Shown here piece by piece: positions 49,981-58,612 of a stretch of 64,000 bases of DNA. This DNA is from a virus (taxonomy: Duplodnaviria > Caudoviricetes). Position 1 is the first letter of the stretch. Every line of letters starts with the position of its first letter. Under the pieces are notes generated by a model that was not told the origin of the DNA, did no database searches, and was given only the letters and a program-made list of their open reading frames with translations. A program made the translations under genes and the position numbers. The stretch spans positions 1 to 64,000 of the IMG/VR virus record IMGVR_UViG_3300001528_000208; one strand, given 5' to 3'.

Positions 49981-51012
49981 GTGATTTTTAACAGATATGC
50001 ACGTGGCGGTGGTGGCGGTGGACTTGGCGCGTTGATTTACGTGACGGTCGAAGCTGGCAGTACCGTAACGGCAACCATGGGAACAATGACACGCAACGCC
50101 GTGTATAGTCAAGGTGTTTATGTGATTGATATTCCCGCATTTGGCGATTGGGTTGTAACGGCAACAAAGGGCGCGAATACGGCAACGGCGACCGTTTCGG
50201 TGACGAAGGCGGGGATGTATGAAATCACGTTAAAGTATATTAGTGCGACGCTAAACGACAATGATTGGGCAACGATTTGCGATATTGCAGACGCAAATGA
50301 AGGCTCCAATTATTGGTCTATCGGAGACACGAAGCAAATCGTAATTAACGGTAAACTTTCCGACGGATTGACCCTATCAAACTATTCTACATGGGTTTAC
50401 ATTATAGGCTTTGACCACAATTCGTCCGTTGAAGGCACGGGCATTGCGTTTCAGGGCTTCAAGACTGCGCAAACGGGCGGCATTGATGTGGCGTTGGTTG
50501 ATAGTGGGATTGACTCTGCTAAAACCAGTGGTCAGTGGTTCAATATGAATAACGCATCCACGATAAGCACCGGTGGTTGGAAAGATAGTTTGATGAGAAC
50601 TGTAACGATTCCAGTTGTAAAGTCTGCTTTCCCGAATGACTTGATATCCGTTATTAAAAAGACTAATATTTACAGTGATAACACCGGTGGTGCAAGTGAA
50701 GCTGCATCATATGTCACTGCTACGCAAGACGACCTATATCTTCTTGCTGAGTACGAAGCGTTTGGTACAAGAACTTATGCTAATACTGCCGAACAGAATT
50801 ATCAGCAGCAATACGCCTACTACTCGTCTGGTAATAGTAGAATTAAATATCGCCACAATTCTACTGCAACTGGCGTGGTTTGGTGGGAACGTTCCGTTCG
50901 TGCAGCATATTCTGGATATTTCTGTAGTGTGGGGACTGCTGGAGATCCTTTTATTGGACAGGCGAGTACCGACCGTGGTCTTGCCCCGGCATTTAAAGTT
51001 GGGGGGGGGTAA
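49981..51012 (+). CDS. second CLec-like receptor-binding protein, paralogue of the DGR target; ends at a G9 tract
   Basis: Long identical peptides shared with 38766-39782 (e.g. YIIGFDHNSSVEGTGIAF, KTSGQWFNMNN). Confidence 0.85.
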   Translation: MIFNRYARGGGGGGLGALIYVTVEAGSTVTATMGTMTRNAVYSQGVYVIDIPAFGDWVVTATKGANTATATVSVTKAGMYEITLKYISATLNDNDWATICDIADANEGSNYWSIGDTKQIVINGKLSDGLTLSNYSTWVYIIGFDHNSSVEGTGIAFQGFKTAQTGGIDVALVDSGIDSAKTSGQWFNMNNASTISTGGWKDSLMRTVTIPVVKSAFPNDLISVIKKTNIYSDNTGGASEAASYVTATQDDLYLLAEYEAFGTRTYANTAEQNYQQQYAYYSSGNSRIKYRHNSTATGVVWWERSVRAAYSGYFCSVGTAGDPFIGQASTDRGLAPAFKVGGG

Positions 51013-51704
51013 CAACTAACCCTATTTCTGACCTGTCTGTTGGTGATTCGGTTTATATAAAGGAAGACGGAACCGATGTTGAATATCTGATTGTCCATAG
51101 GGGTAATCCAGATTCTTCTGTGTATGATTCGTCTTGCGATGGAACGTGGTTGTTACGCAAGACAGTATTCCCGAATGTCGCTTGGAACGCTACAGCTTCG
51201 TCCAACTGGACCACGTGCGACGTTATGAAGTGGTTGCGTGACACGTATCCATCTACTACCAATGTTTCGTCTATAATGAACACAGCAAAGGTACCATATA
51301 TTGGAACACAGATGAACCAGATTATTTCTGGGGCAAATGGAAACGCTGCCAAATGTTTCCTTCTTAGTAATGCTGAAGCTGGATTCCTGACCGACACAAA
51401 CGCAACGAAATCTTTGAATGTGTGTGGCGCCAAGCTTGATTATTTTGATGAAACATCAACCACTGTGGCATCCAGTAAGCGCATTGCCTATAGTTACACT
51501 AATGCATCTACTGCTGTATCTTGGTGGTTGCGTACTCAGCCGCTGTCAAATCAAAGCAACGCAGAGTTTTGTGGCCTATATGGTGGCCATGGTCACGGCA
51601 GCGTGACGTATACGTCTGCGATGGGACAGGTATTTGGCGTTCGTCCGTGCTTCATTGTTCCGAATGATACGCTAATCGACAGTAATCACAATATCGTCGT
51701 ATAA
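51009..51704 (+). CDS. additional DUF6273/CLec-like domain in the -1 frame, reachable through the G tract
   Basis: Frame open from 50997; LSVGDSVYIKE.G...EY...H.G.P...YD.SCDGTWLLRK lies upstream of the first usable start; WWLRT...GVRPCF ending. Confidence 0.75.
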   Translation, partial: VTTNPISDLSVGDSVYIKEDGTDVEYLIVHRGNPDSSVYDSSCDGTWLLRKTVFPNVAWNATASSNWTTCDVMKWLRDTYPSTTNVSSIMNTAKVPYIGTQMNQIISGANGNAAKCFLLSNAEAGFLTDTNATKSLNVCGAKLDYFDETSTTVASSKRIAYSYTNASTAVSWWLRTQPLSNQSNAEFCGLYGGHGHGSVTYTSAMGQVFGVRPCFIVPNDTLIDSNHNIVV

Positions 51705-51712
51705 AGAATAAC

Positions 51713-51741
51713 TTGACAAAAATCAAACCGTGCGCTATAAT
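51713..51741 (+). promoter_or_regulatory. sigmaA promoter
   Basis: TTGACA-17-TATAAT. Confidence 0.8.
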
Positions 51742-51800
51742 TAGGATAATCAAGGGCGGACAATCTTCGCCCTTGACGATTCTAATATGCGGAGGCAATC

Positions 51801-52151
51801 ATGCTAACGGTAACACTGCGAAACACATTTACAAAATTTGACGAAACGCGAATCGTGGCATCGTTTGAAGATGCGCGCGAATTCGTGTCGGACAAACTGC
51901 GCGAAATGTTCAAGGCGACAACCGACGAACAGCAGCGCGAATATTGTCAGGACGTAATCGAACGCTTACACAAGGGCGTGCCGTCTTATGGGCGCGGCGT
52001 GGAAGATTCGATTGCGTATGACATCGTTGACTATATGGATTGGAAGGAACATCAAGACAAGCAGGTCAACGGGCTGATTGAAACTATTCAGGAACTTACG
52101 CGGGAAATCGAAGAAAAGCGTAAGGAACTTGATGCTATACGGGGAACTTAA
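51801..52151 (+). CDS. hypothetical acidic protein (autonomous unit)
   Basis: GGAGG RBS; own promoter and terminator (52139-52166). Confidence 0.65.
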   Translation: MLTVTLRNTFTKFDETRIVASFEDAREFVSDKLREMFKATTDEQQREYCQDVIERLHKGVPSYGRGVEDSIAYDIVDYMDWKEHQDKQVNGLIETIQELTREIEEKRKELDAIRGT

Positions 52152-52207
52152 CGGTTCCCCGTTTTTAGCGAAAACCTGTGTTTACAATTTGTTTACACTT
52201 AAACCCC

Positions 52208-52236
52208 TTGACAAAATATTGTTTGTGTGCTATAAT
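52208..52236 (+). promoter_or_regulatory. sigmaA promoter of tnpB, with upstream TTTACA-N5-TTTACA repeat (52181-52197)
   Basis: TTGACA-17-TATAAT with TG. Confidence 0.85.
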
Positions 52237-52264
52237 GCAGATAATGTTGAAAGGAGGTGAATAA

Positions 52265-53356
52265 ATGGTAAACAGGTTTAAGACGGAGATTTTTCCAGAC
52301 GAAAATCAGCACAAGTTATTCCTTTATTTTTGTAACGAATATAGGGAAATGTGGAACTATACGGTTGAAAAATTTCGGGACAATTATCCTATTGTTTACA
52401 AGAATGGAATTAAAGGATTCAAACCGTCTGATTTATTCAAGGAATCTAAGAACAAATGTTTGCAAAGAATAGCGGTTGGTGTTATAAAGAATTATGCCTT
52501 TGCAGTCAAAATGTTCAAGCTTGGTATTTGTAATAAGCCAAGATTTCATAAATATAACCCAAACAAACAATCATTCTATCTTGCGTGTCATAAGTTTGAA
52601 ATAACAAGACTTAGTGAAGATGAAGTGATTATTGGTAAAAATGGCGTTTTTCGATGGATTCGCCTTGACGTAGAAGTTATAAACAAATACGATATCAAAG
52701 AAATACGTGAACCAGTGTTTTCTTATGAAAATGGCAGGTGGTATATCAGTGGTGCGTATAGGGTTGAAGCTGCACCGCGTCAAGGTCGCACAGAATTCAT
52801 TGGTCTTGATTGGGGAATTAAGAATTTCATGACAACATCAGATGGTCAATTTATAAATTACCCGAAGTCTATAAAAAGGGAATATCAACGTGTCAAAGTT
52901 TTGCTTAAACATCTTAACAAAAAGCAAAAAGGTTCTCGAAATTATATTAAGATGATAAGAAAGTGCCATAAAGCGATTCGAAGAATTGAACATTTGAAGC
53001 ACAATTTTATAGAACAAGAAACGACAAGATTGTGTAGGCAAAACAATATTGCTGTTGAAAAATTTCCACCAACCACTTATAAAAGATTTAAATACGTTGA
53101 ACGTGTTGCACCACGCGGAAGATTTGTTGTAAGACTTGCGCGAAAATGCGAAAAGTTTGGCACCGAGTTTATGGCTGTTCCGCCGCAATATACAAGCAGG
53201 ATTTGTAGTTGCTGTGGTTTTCAAAAGAAAAGCCTTAAATTATCTGAACGTGTTTATAAGTGTGAAAACTGCGGAGTTGAAATTGACCGTGATGTAAATG
53301 CGGCGCGAAATATCGCCGCAATGGGTGTTCGCAGCATCCACAAGCCTATAGAATAG
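52265..53356 (+). CDS. tnpB: TnpB-family RNA-guided endonuclease; no transposase in window
   Basis: IGLDWG (RuvC-I), IAVE (RuvC-II), TSRICSCCG...CENCG Zn finger, DRDVNAARNI (RuvC-III). Confidence 0.88.
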   Translation: MVNRFKTEIFPDENQHKLFLYFCNEYREMWNYTVEKFRDNYPIVYKNGIKGFKPSDLFKESKNKCLQRIAVGVIKNYAFAVKMFKLGICNKPRFHKYNPNKQSFYLACHKFEITRLSEDEVIIGKNGVFRWIRLDVEVINKYDIKEIREPVFSYENGRWYISGAYRVEAAPRQGRTEFIGLDWGIKNFMTTSDGQFINYPKSIKREYQRVKVLLKHLNKKQKGSRNYIKMIRKCHKAIRRIEHLKHNFIEQETTRLCRQNNIAVEKFPPTTYKRFKYVERVAPRGRFVVRLARKCEKFGTEFMAVPPQYTSRICSCCGFQKKSLKLSERVYKCENCGVEIDRDVNAARNIAAMGVRSIHKPIE

Positions 53357-53403
53357 GCGGCGAAAGCAATGCGAATAATTTCGATCAAAACAAATTTGTT
53401 TAT

Positions 53404-53440
53404 AAGGGTGTACATTTATCGTGTACACCCTTTATTTTTT
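53404..53440 (+). terminator. intrinsic terminator after tnpB
   Basis: AAGGGTGTACA-loop-TGTACACCCTT-TATTTTTT. Confidence 0.75.
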
Positions 53441-53462
53441 CACTAAAAGGAGGAAATAAAAA

Positions 53463-53696
53463 ATGTATGATGTAACTGTGTATGGGCGCGATGGGTGCCC
53501 ACGATGTTATTTCATCGCAACAAAGGTTAAACAACTAAAAAATGTGCATTTAACCGAAATCCATGACGATAACATCCTGAAAGAAATGTCTATTAAATAT
53601 GGTACAGATGAACTGCCGATGTCTGTGGTCGATGGGGAATTCTACGATTTTTTAAGGATGCGCGCATGGATTGATGATAGGAAGCGGGAGGAATAA
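53463..53696 (+). CDS. glutaredoxin/NrdH-like redoxin
   Basis: VYG..GCPRC, P...VDG. Confidence 0.75.
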   Translation: MYDVTVYGRDGCPRCYFIATKVKQLKNVHLTEIHDDNILKEMSIKYGTDELPMSVVDGEFYDFLRMRAWIDDRKREE

Positions 53697-53698
53697 TC

Positions 53699-56026
53699 TT
53701 GAATATTAGCATCAATCTGGACAAAGATTTTAGCGAAAAATTTAATGAACTGCGTGAAAAATATGGCGATGAAATTGCAAAGCTGAATGGATTTTCCGAC
53801 GAACAGCTTAGTTATACAGACTTCATTGATAACTTTGTTGATAAAAATACGGTGGCAGACGCCAGTATTGACGGCAATGCCAATGTTGGTGCAAAAGATA
53901 TTTGTTCGCTTGATAGCGAAATGAATAAGCCACATAGCAAGTTGCTGTCCTTCAACAAGGTCTATTACGAAATGAAGAAAAAGTATGGCAAGGATATTGC
54001 TGATAGATGGTTAGAATACGAGTGGATCGGAAAATTTTACGCTCACGATTCCCCAAGTTTGTCGCAGAAAAGTTATTGTTTTGCGTATGACCTTGAAGGT
54101 TTGGTAAGTAAGGGGCTATATTTTGTTCCTAATTTCAATGGTCAGCCGCCTAAGCATCTTGTAACATACACTGATTTCGTTGGTGAATTTGTTTCTTATG
54201 CAAGCAATCGTTCTTCTGGCGCTTGTGGACTTCCCAGCTTCCTTGTATATTCGTTCTACTTCTGGAAGAAAGACGTAAAAGATGGCTACTATACTGGTAC
54301 GCCTGAAAGATATCGCGACCAAGAGTTCCAAAGAATCACCTATAAGCTGAACCAGCCGTATTTGCGTGTTAATCAAAGCGCGTTTACAAACTTTTCTATT
54401 TTTGATAGACCGTATTTCGAATCGCTTTTTGGATACAAAACATTTCCTGATGGTGAATTCATGATTGACTATATTGATGAATTTATGGAATATCAGAAGG
54501 CATTTATGGAAGTTGTGTCAAAAATTCGCGAACAGAATATGATGACTTTCCCGGTGCTTTCATTTTGTCTTCTTCGTAAGAATGGAAAGTTTGTAGACGA
54601 AGATTTTGCGCGCTGGTGCTGTAAACACAACATGAAGTGGGCGGATTCCAACTTTTTCGTAAGCGAAGATGTCACATCCCTTTCAAACTGTTGTTTTAGC
54701 GGCAACACAATGTTTATGACGACTGATGGCATCAGAAGATTTGATTCTTTTAAAGACGGCGATTCCATTGTCGTTCCGTGCATCAATGGTTCCAACAATA
54801 ATGCAGTTGTCCATACTTATGGCGAACAAAGACTATTCCGCATCAAACTTTGCCGTAATGGAAAGCATAGAGATGTATTGACCACCAGAAATCACAGGTG
54901 GATTCTTGACGGAAATACGGAAACAAACTATCTTTCTGTTGGCGATGTGTTAGTTAAATCTGCGCATGATACAGATGATGGGAATTGGTCTGTTGTTGAT
55001 ATTGAAGATACTGGAATTGTAGAAACTGTTTGGTGTCTTGATGTCGAAAATGAACACAATTTCATTCTTGCGGACAACATTCCTTGTGGGAACTGCCGTC
55101 TTGTTTCTGATGTAAAGAATTTGGGCTATTTCAATTCTATTGGCGGGACCGCGCTTGAAGTCGGTTCTGTCAAGGTAAACACCATCAATCTTGCAAGAAT
55201 CGCCTATGAAACGAAATCTAAAGAAGATTATCTAAAGCAGCTTTCTGATGAAGTTGTTCTTTGCTTGCAGATGCTTGATGTGGTGCGCCACATTATCACG
55301 CGCAATATCGAAAAAGGACTTCTGCCGAATTATTCTTATGGTCTTATGCACATGAAGTCTCAGTACAATACCATCGGCATCGTCGCCCTTTATGAAACCT
55401 TACAGGAGTTTGGTATGACGCACAAGGATAAACTTGGCTATGCGCATTACACCGACGAAGGTATCGAATTTGCAAAAGATATTCTTCATACCATTAACAA
55501 GGTAAAAGATGAATTTGTTGCCGACAAGGATTATTCTGCGAATCTGGAGCAGATTCCCGCCGAACGGGCGGCAAGCATTCTGATGCAGAAAGATATGGTT
55601 TTCTTCCCTGATGAAGCATACGACCTTCCGCTATATGGCAACCAGTGGATTCCGCTTGGTGTAAAGACCACGCTTGAAGAAAAGTGCAAGCTTAGTGCGA
55701 TTCTTGATAAGGCGTGTAACGGTGGCAGTATTGCGCACATCAACATTGATGCACCGTTCAATAACTTTGACACGGCGTGGAATATGCTGAACTATGTCGC
55801 CGACAGTGGCGTCCCTTATTTCGCGTTCTGCACCAGAATTTCTGCCTGTGAAGAAAATCACGGATTCTATGGCGACAAGTGTCCTATTTGTGGCAAGCCG
55901 AAGGTTACGACTTATCAGCGCGTGGTTGGTTTCTTAACACCTGAAAAGACATATTCTAAGGAACGCAAGGCTGAATTTAAGATGCGCGACTGGTTTGACC
56001 TGAACGCAATCTGTGATACATTATGA
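53699..56026 (+). CDS. nrdD: anaerobic ribonucleoside-triphosphate reductase with intein
   Basis: SNC|CRL after intein removal, NTINLAR, EQIPAE, GGSI.H, CPICG, RVVGFL glycyl-radical motif. Confidence 0.92.
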   Translation: MNISINLDKDFSEKFNELREKYGDEIAKLNGFSDEQLSYTDFIDNFVDKNTVADASIDGNANVGAKDICSLDSEMNKPHSKLLSFNKVYYEMKKKYGKDIADRWLEYEWIGKFYAHDSPSLSQKSYCFAYDLEGLVSKGLYFVPNFNGQPPKHLVTYTDFVGEFVSYASNRSSGACGLPSFLVYSFYFWKKDVKDGYYTGTPERYRDQEFQRITYKLNQPYLRVNQSAFTNFSIFDRPYFESLFGYKTFPDGEFMIDYIDEFMEYQKAFMEVVSKIREQNMMTFPVLSFCLLRKNGKFVDEDFARWCCKHNMKWADSNFFVSEDVTSLSNCCFSGNTMFMTTDGIRRFDSFKDGDSIVVPCINGSNNNAVVHTYGEQRLFRIKLCRNGKHRDVLTTRNHRWILDGNTETNYLSVGDVLVKSAHDTDDGNWSVVDIEDTGIVETVWCLDVENEHNFILADNIPCGNCRLVSDVKNLGYFNSIGGTALEVGSVKVNTINLARIAYETKSKEDYLKQLSDEVVLCLQMLDVVRHIITRNIEKGLLPNYSYGLMHMKSQYNTIGIVALYETLQEFGMTHKDKLGYAHYTDEGIEFAKDILHTINKVKDEFVADKDYSANLEQIPAERAASILMQKDMVFFPDEAYDLPLYGNQWIPLGVKTTLEEKCKLSAILDKACNGGSIAHINIDAPFNNFDTAWNMLNYVADSGVPYFAFCTRISACEENHGFYGDKCPICGKPKVTTYQRVVGFLTPEKTYSKERKAEFKMRDWFDLNAICDTL
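54692..55093 (+). mobile_element. mini-intein (134 aa) in NrdD
   Basis: CFSGNT start, TRNHRW block B, VWCLDVENEHNF block F, ends GN before Cys; no endonuclease domain. Confidence 0.88.
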
Positions 56027-56505
56027 AAGTAAAACAGGTTGTTATTGAAGATTTCGTAAATTATAAATATCCATCGTTGTTTATAGGAATTAGCACCTGC
56101 GATTTTAAGTGTTGCCGCGAAGGTGGCTTTGATAAATCTGTTTGTCAGAATAGCAAACTTGCCTTGGCGAAACCGATAGAACTAAGCAAAGATGAAATAT
56201 TTGGCGCATTCGATGGTAACGGCATCACAGAATCTATTGTTGTTGGCGGGATGGAACCGATGCTTCAATTTGATGACGTTCTATCGCTGTTGAAATATTT
56301 CCGCGAACACGATCGTGATGCTGACTTCGTAATCTACACCGGCTATTATCGCTACGAAATCGAAGATAAAATTCAGAAGCTTGCAAAATATAAAAACGTG
56401 GTTGTCAAATTTGGACGCTATATTCCAAACCAAGAAAAACACTATGATAAAGTGCTTGGCGTGTGGCTGGCGTCCGACAATCAGTACGCCGAAAGGATAA
56501 GTTGA
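56023..56505 (+). CDS. nrdG: anaerobic RNR activase (radical SAM)
   Basis: CDFKC...CQN, GGMEP, IYTGY, SDNQ. Confidence 0.85.
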   Translation: MKVKQVVIEDFVNYKYPSLFIGISTCDFKCCREGGFDKSVCQNSKLALAKPIELSKDEIFGAFDGNGITESIVVGGMEPMLQFDDVLSLLKYFREHDRDADFVIYTGYYRYEIEDKIQKLAKYKNVVVKFGRYIPNQEKHYDKVLGVWLASDNQYAERIS

Positions 56506-56684
56506 TGTTAAAAGTAAGGGTGAATCCCGACAAGGAAATTGTCAAAATGGTCACGGACTATCTTCGTGAACACGATGGCGAGTGTCCTTGTCAAATCGGA
56601 CAAAAATGTCAATGTAGTAAGTTTAAGCAGATGAATAGCGTTGGGCAATGTCATTGTATGCTATTCGAAAAATATGAAGGGTGA
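56505..56684 (+). CDS. ferredoxin:thioredoxin reductase catalytic-subunit-like small protein
   Basis: CPC...CQC...CHC pattern. Confidence 0.65.
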   Translation: MLKVRVNPDKEIVKMVTDYLREHDGECPCQIGQKCQCSKFKQMNSVGQCHCMLFEKYEG

Positions 56685-56686
56685 AA

Positions 56687-56854
56687 ATGAACAAAACATA
56701 TTGCGATATCTGTGGCAAAGAAATTGTCACGTTGCCAAACGTAACAGAAATGCGGTTTAGACAGGGTTCCAGCGCTTCTTACGAGTGTTGCGATAAGTGT
56801 TTTGAACTTCTGTTTCGTATGGTTGAAACAATAAAAGACTTTAAGGAGAAATAA
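56687..56854 (+). CDS. small Zn-finger protein
   Basis: Manual translation MNKTYCDICG...CDKC. Confidence 0.55.
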   Translation: MNKTYCDICGKEIVTLPNVTEMRFRQGSSASYECCDKCFELLFRMVETIKDFKEK

Positions 56855-56855
56855 G

Positions 56856-57335
56856 ATGAAATTTGAACGTGTTTCTGCCGCCCAGTTTGCGGCTGATTGC
56901 GATGCTGCTGGCTTCGCTGTTGAATATGCCAACGTGGTGATGCCGCGTCGTGCAACAAAGGGTAGCGCGGGCTACGACATTTGCATCCCGTTTGATGTGG
57001 TTCTGGCGCCGCACACAAGTGCCAAGATTCCAACCGGTATCAGGTGTACCGGTATGCCAAGAAACGTCGTAATGACCATTTATATTCGTTCCAGCGTGGG
57101 TATTAAGCGCGGTGTGCGTTTTATGAACCTGCTTCCCGTTGTGGACAGTGACTACGCAGACAGTCCTAACGAAGGGCACATCTGGCTGGCGCTTTATAAC
57201 GACAGCGATAAGGACGTCGAATTCGATGCTGGCGAACGAATTGCACAGGCGGTATTCACGCAGTATATTATCTGTGACGATGATGATGCTGTTGGCAAGC
57301 GCGAAGGCGGCATTGGTTCTACTGGAAGGGCTTGA
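56856..57335 (+). CDS. dut: trimeric dUTPase
   Basis: SAGYD, IPTG, RSS, VDSDY, RIAQ, REGGIGSTG. Confidence 0.92.
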   Translation: MKFERVSAAQFAADCDAAGFAVEYANVVMPRRATKGSAGYDICIPFDVVLAPHTSAKIPTGIRCTGMPRNVVMTIYIRSSVGIKRGVRFMNLLPVVDSDYADSPNEGHIWLALYNDSDKDVEFDAGERIAQAVFTQYIICDDDDAVGKREGGIGSTGRA

Positions 57336-57360
57336 CAAGACCAAAACAATGTGTTATAAT
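57332..57360 (+). promoter_or_regulatory. sigmaA promoter
   Basis: TTGACA-17-TATAAT with TG. Confidence 0.85.
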
Positions 57361-57381
57361 ACAATATAGGAGGAAAGGTTA

Positions 57382-57582
57382 ATGACCGAACAGGAAATGC
57401 AAAACAACAAGGTGGCAAATCGTACAAACGAACTTGAATATACATTTATTTGTAAGGATTGCGGTAAACCTACAACGATTAAGTTAGCCGAGGTGACCTA
57501 CTGTCATGACAACGGATTGCGTGTGACTGAACGTTGCAAGGAATGTCGCGATGCGAAAAATAGGCGATTTGCACAAATCTAA
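57382..57582 (+). CDS. zinc-ribbon protein
   Basis: CKDCG...RCKECR. Confidence 0.7.
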   Translation: MTEQEMQNNKVANRTNELEYTFICKDCGKPTTIKLAEVTYCHDNGLRVTERCKECRDAKNRRFAQI

Positions 57583-57602
57583 AAAAAAGGAAAGAAAAAT
57601 CT

Positions 57603-58175
57603 ATGGTAGTTGATAAAATTCCAGCAGAAGTAGTAAAAGACCTGATTCCACTGGTGAACAGCCTTGGCAATCTACCCAAGACTGCGACGGTAAAGTATGG
57701 CGCGACCAACTTTTCTTACGTTCCGTTGGACGACATCATGGCAAAGATTAAGGCCGATGGCAACTTCGCATTTATGCAACCGATGGGCGTTTCCGAAGAT
57801 GGGCGTACCTGTCTACAGTGCGTGCTTTATCACAAGTCTGGATTCCCGATTTCTTCTGATGCTTTTCCGCTTCCGATTAAGGACGGAATGAAGGCGCAAG
57901 ACGTCGGCGCGGTTCTGACGTATTATCGTCGTTATAGCGCGTCGGCTTTCTTTGGCATTGCATCTGACGAAGACAACGATGGGCAGGCGCCTGAAATTGC
58001 ATCGCCGAAGGAAAAGTGCGAAGACTGCGGTAAGGATATCGTCGGTTCGCATGGTTTGTCGCCCGAGAAGATTGTTGCTGGTAGTATGCGTGCTTATCAC
58101 AAAAAGCTGTGTTTCGATTGTTCGATGAAGGCTAAGGCGGCAAAGGAAGCAGAAAAGAAAGAAGAGGTAAAGTAA
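57603..58175 (+). CDS. ERF-family single-strand annealing protein
   Basis: AQ..G..LTY.RRY....FGI..DED.DG. Confidence 0.85.
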   Translation: MVVDKIPAEVVKDLIPLVNSLGNLPKTATVKYGATNFSYVPLDDIMAKIKADGNFAFMQPMGVSEDGRTCLQCVLYHKSGFPISSDAFPLPIKDGMKAQDVGAVLTYYRRYSASAFFGIASDEDNDGQAPEIASPKEKCEDCGKDIVGSHGLSPEKIVAGSMRAYHKKLCFDCSMKAKAAKEAEKKEEVK

Positions 58176-58556
58176 ATGGCAATTTTTGCAACAAGTGATA
58201 GTTTTTGGACGTACTGGCGTACCACCGACCAGCAACAGAAGTACGCGACCTGCGTTTTTTCCACAAGCCGTAAGGATAAGCAGAATGGCGAATGGAAAAA
58301 TTCGAATTGGTCGTTCGTTAGGGTGGTTGGAAACGGTTTTGCAAAGCTTGCAGACCTGAACGAAAAAGATAAGATTACTAATGTTCGCTTTAGTCTTGAA
58401 TGTGAACCTTATACGGACAAAACTGGGCAGCGTGTGTTTCCTAAGTCGCCTCGGATGGTAATTTTTGATTTCGACTTCGCAGAAGTTGGTCGAAAGCCTG
58501 TTGGCCCTGCACCCGTTGACGAATACGACCCGGATGGTTCAGAACTTCCGTTCTAA
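58176..58556 (+). CDS. ssb: single-stranded DNA-binding protein
   Basis: OB-fold size, acidic tail ending ELPF, follows ERF. Confidence 0.75.
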   Translation: MAIFATSDSFWTYWRTTDQQQKYATCVFSTSRKDKQNGEWKNSNWSFVRVVGNGFAKLADLNEKDKITNVRFSLECEPYTDKTGQRVFPKSPRMVIFDFDFAEVGRKPVGPAPVDEYDPDGSELPF

Positions 58557-58563
58557 ATAACCT

Positions 58564-58602
58564 AATAGGAGTACGATTTAATTAGTCGTACTCCTATTTT
58601 TT
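58564..58602 (+). terminator. intrinsic terminator
   Basis: AATAGGAGTACGA-loop-TCGTACTCCTATT-TTTT. Confidence 0.75.
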
Positions 58603-58612
58603 ACCGAAAGGG

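Noticed and set aside
50870-51000. Second active target of the DGR TR
   Set aside because: Many mismatches at non-adenine positions and no downstream hairpin.
53389-53405. Putative TnpB guide matching its own promoter region (shared AATTTGTTTA with 52186-52195)
   Set aside because: Only 10 AT-rich bases, and the guide boundary is unknown; likely chance.
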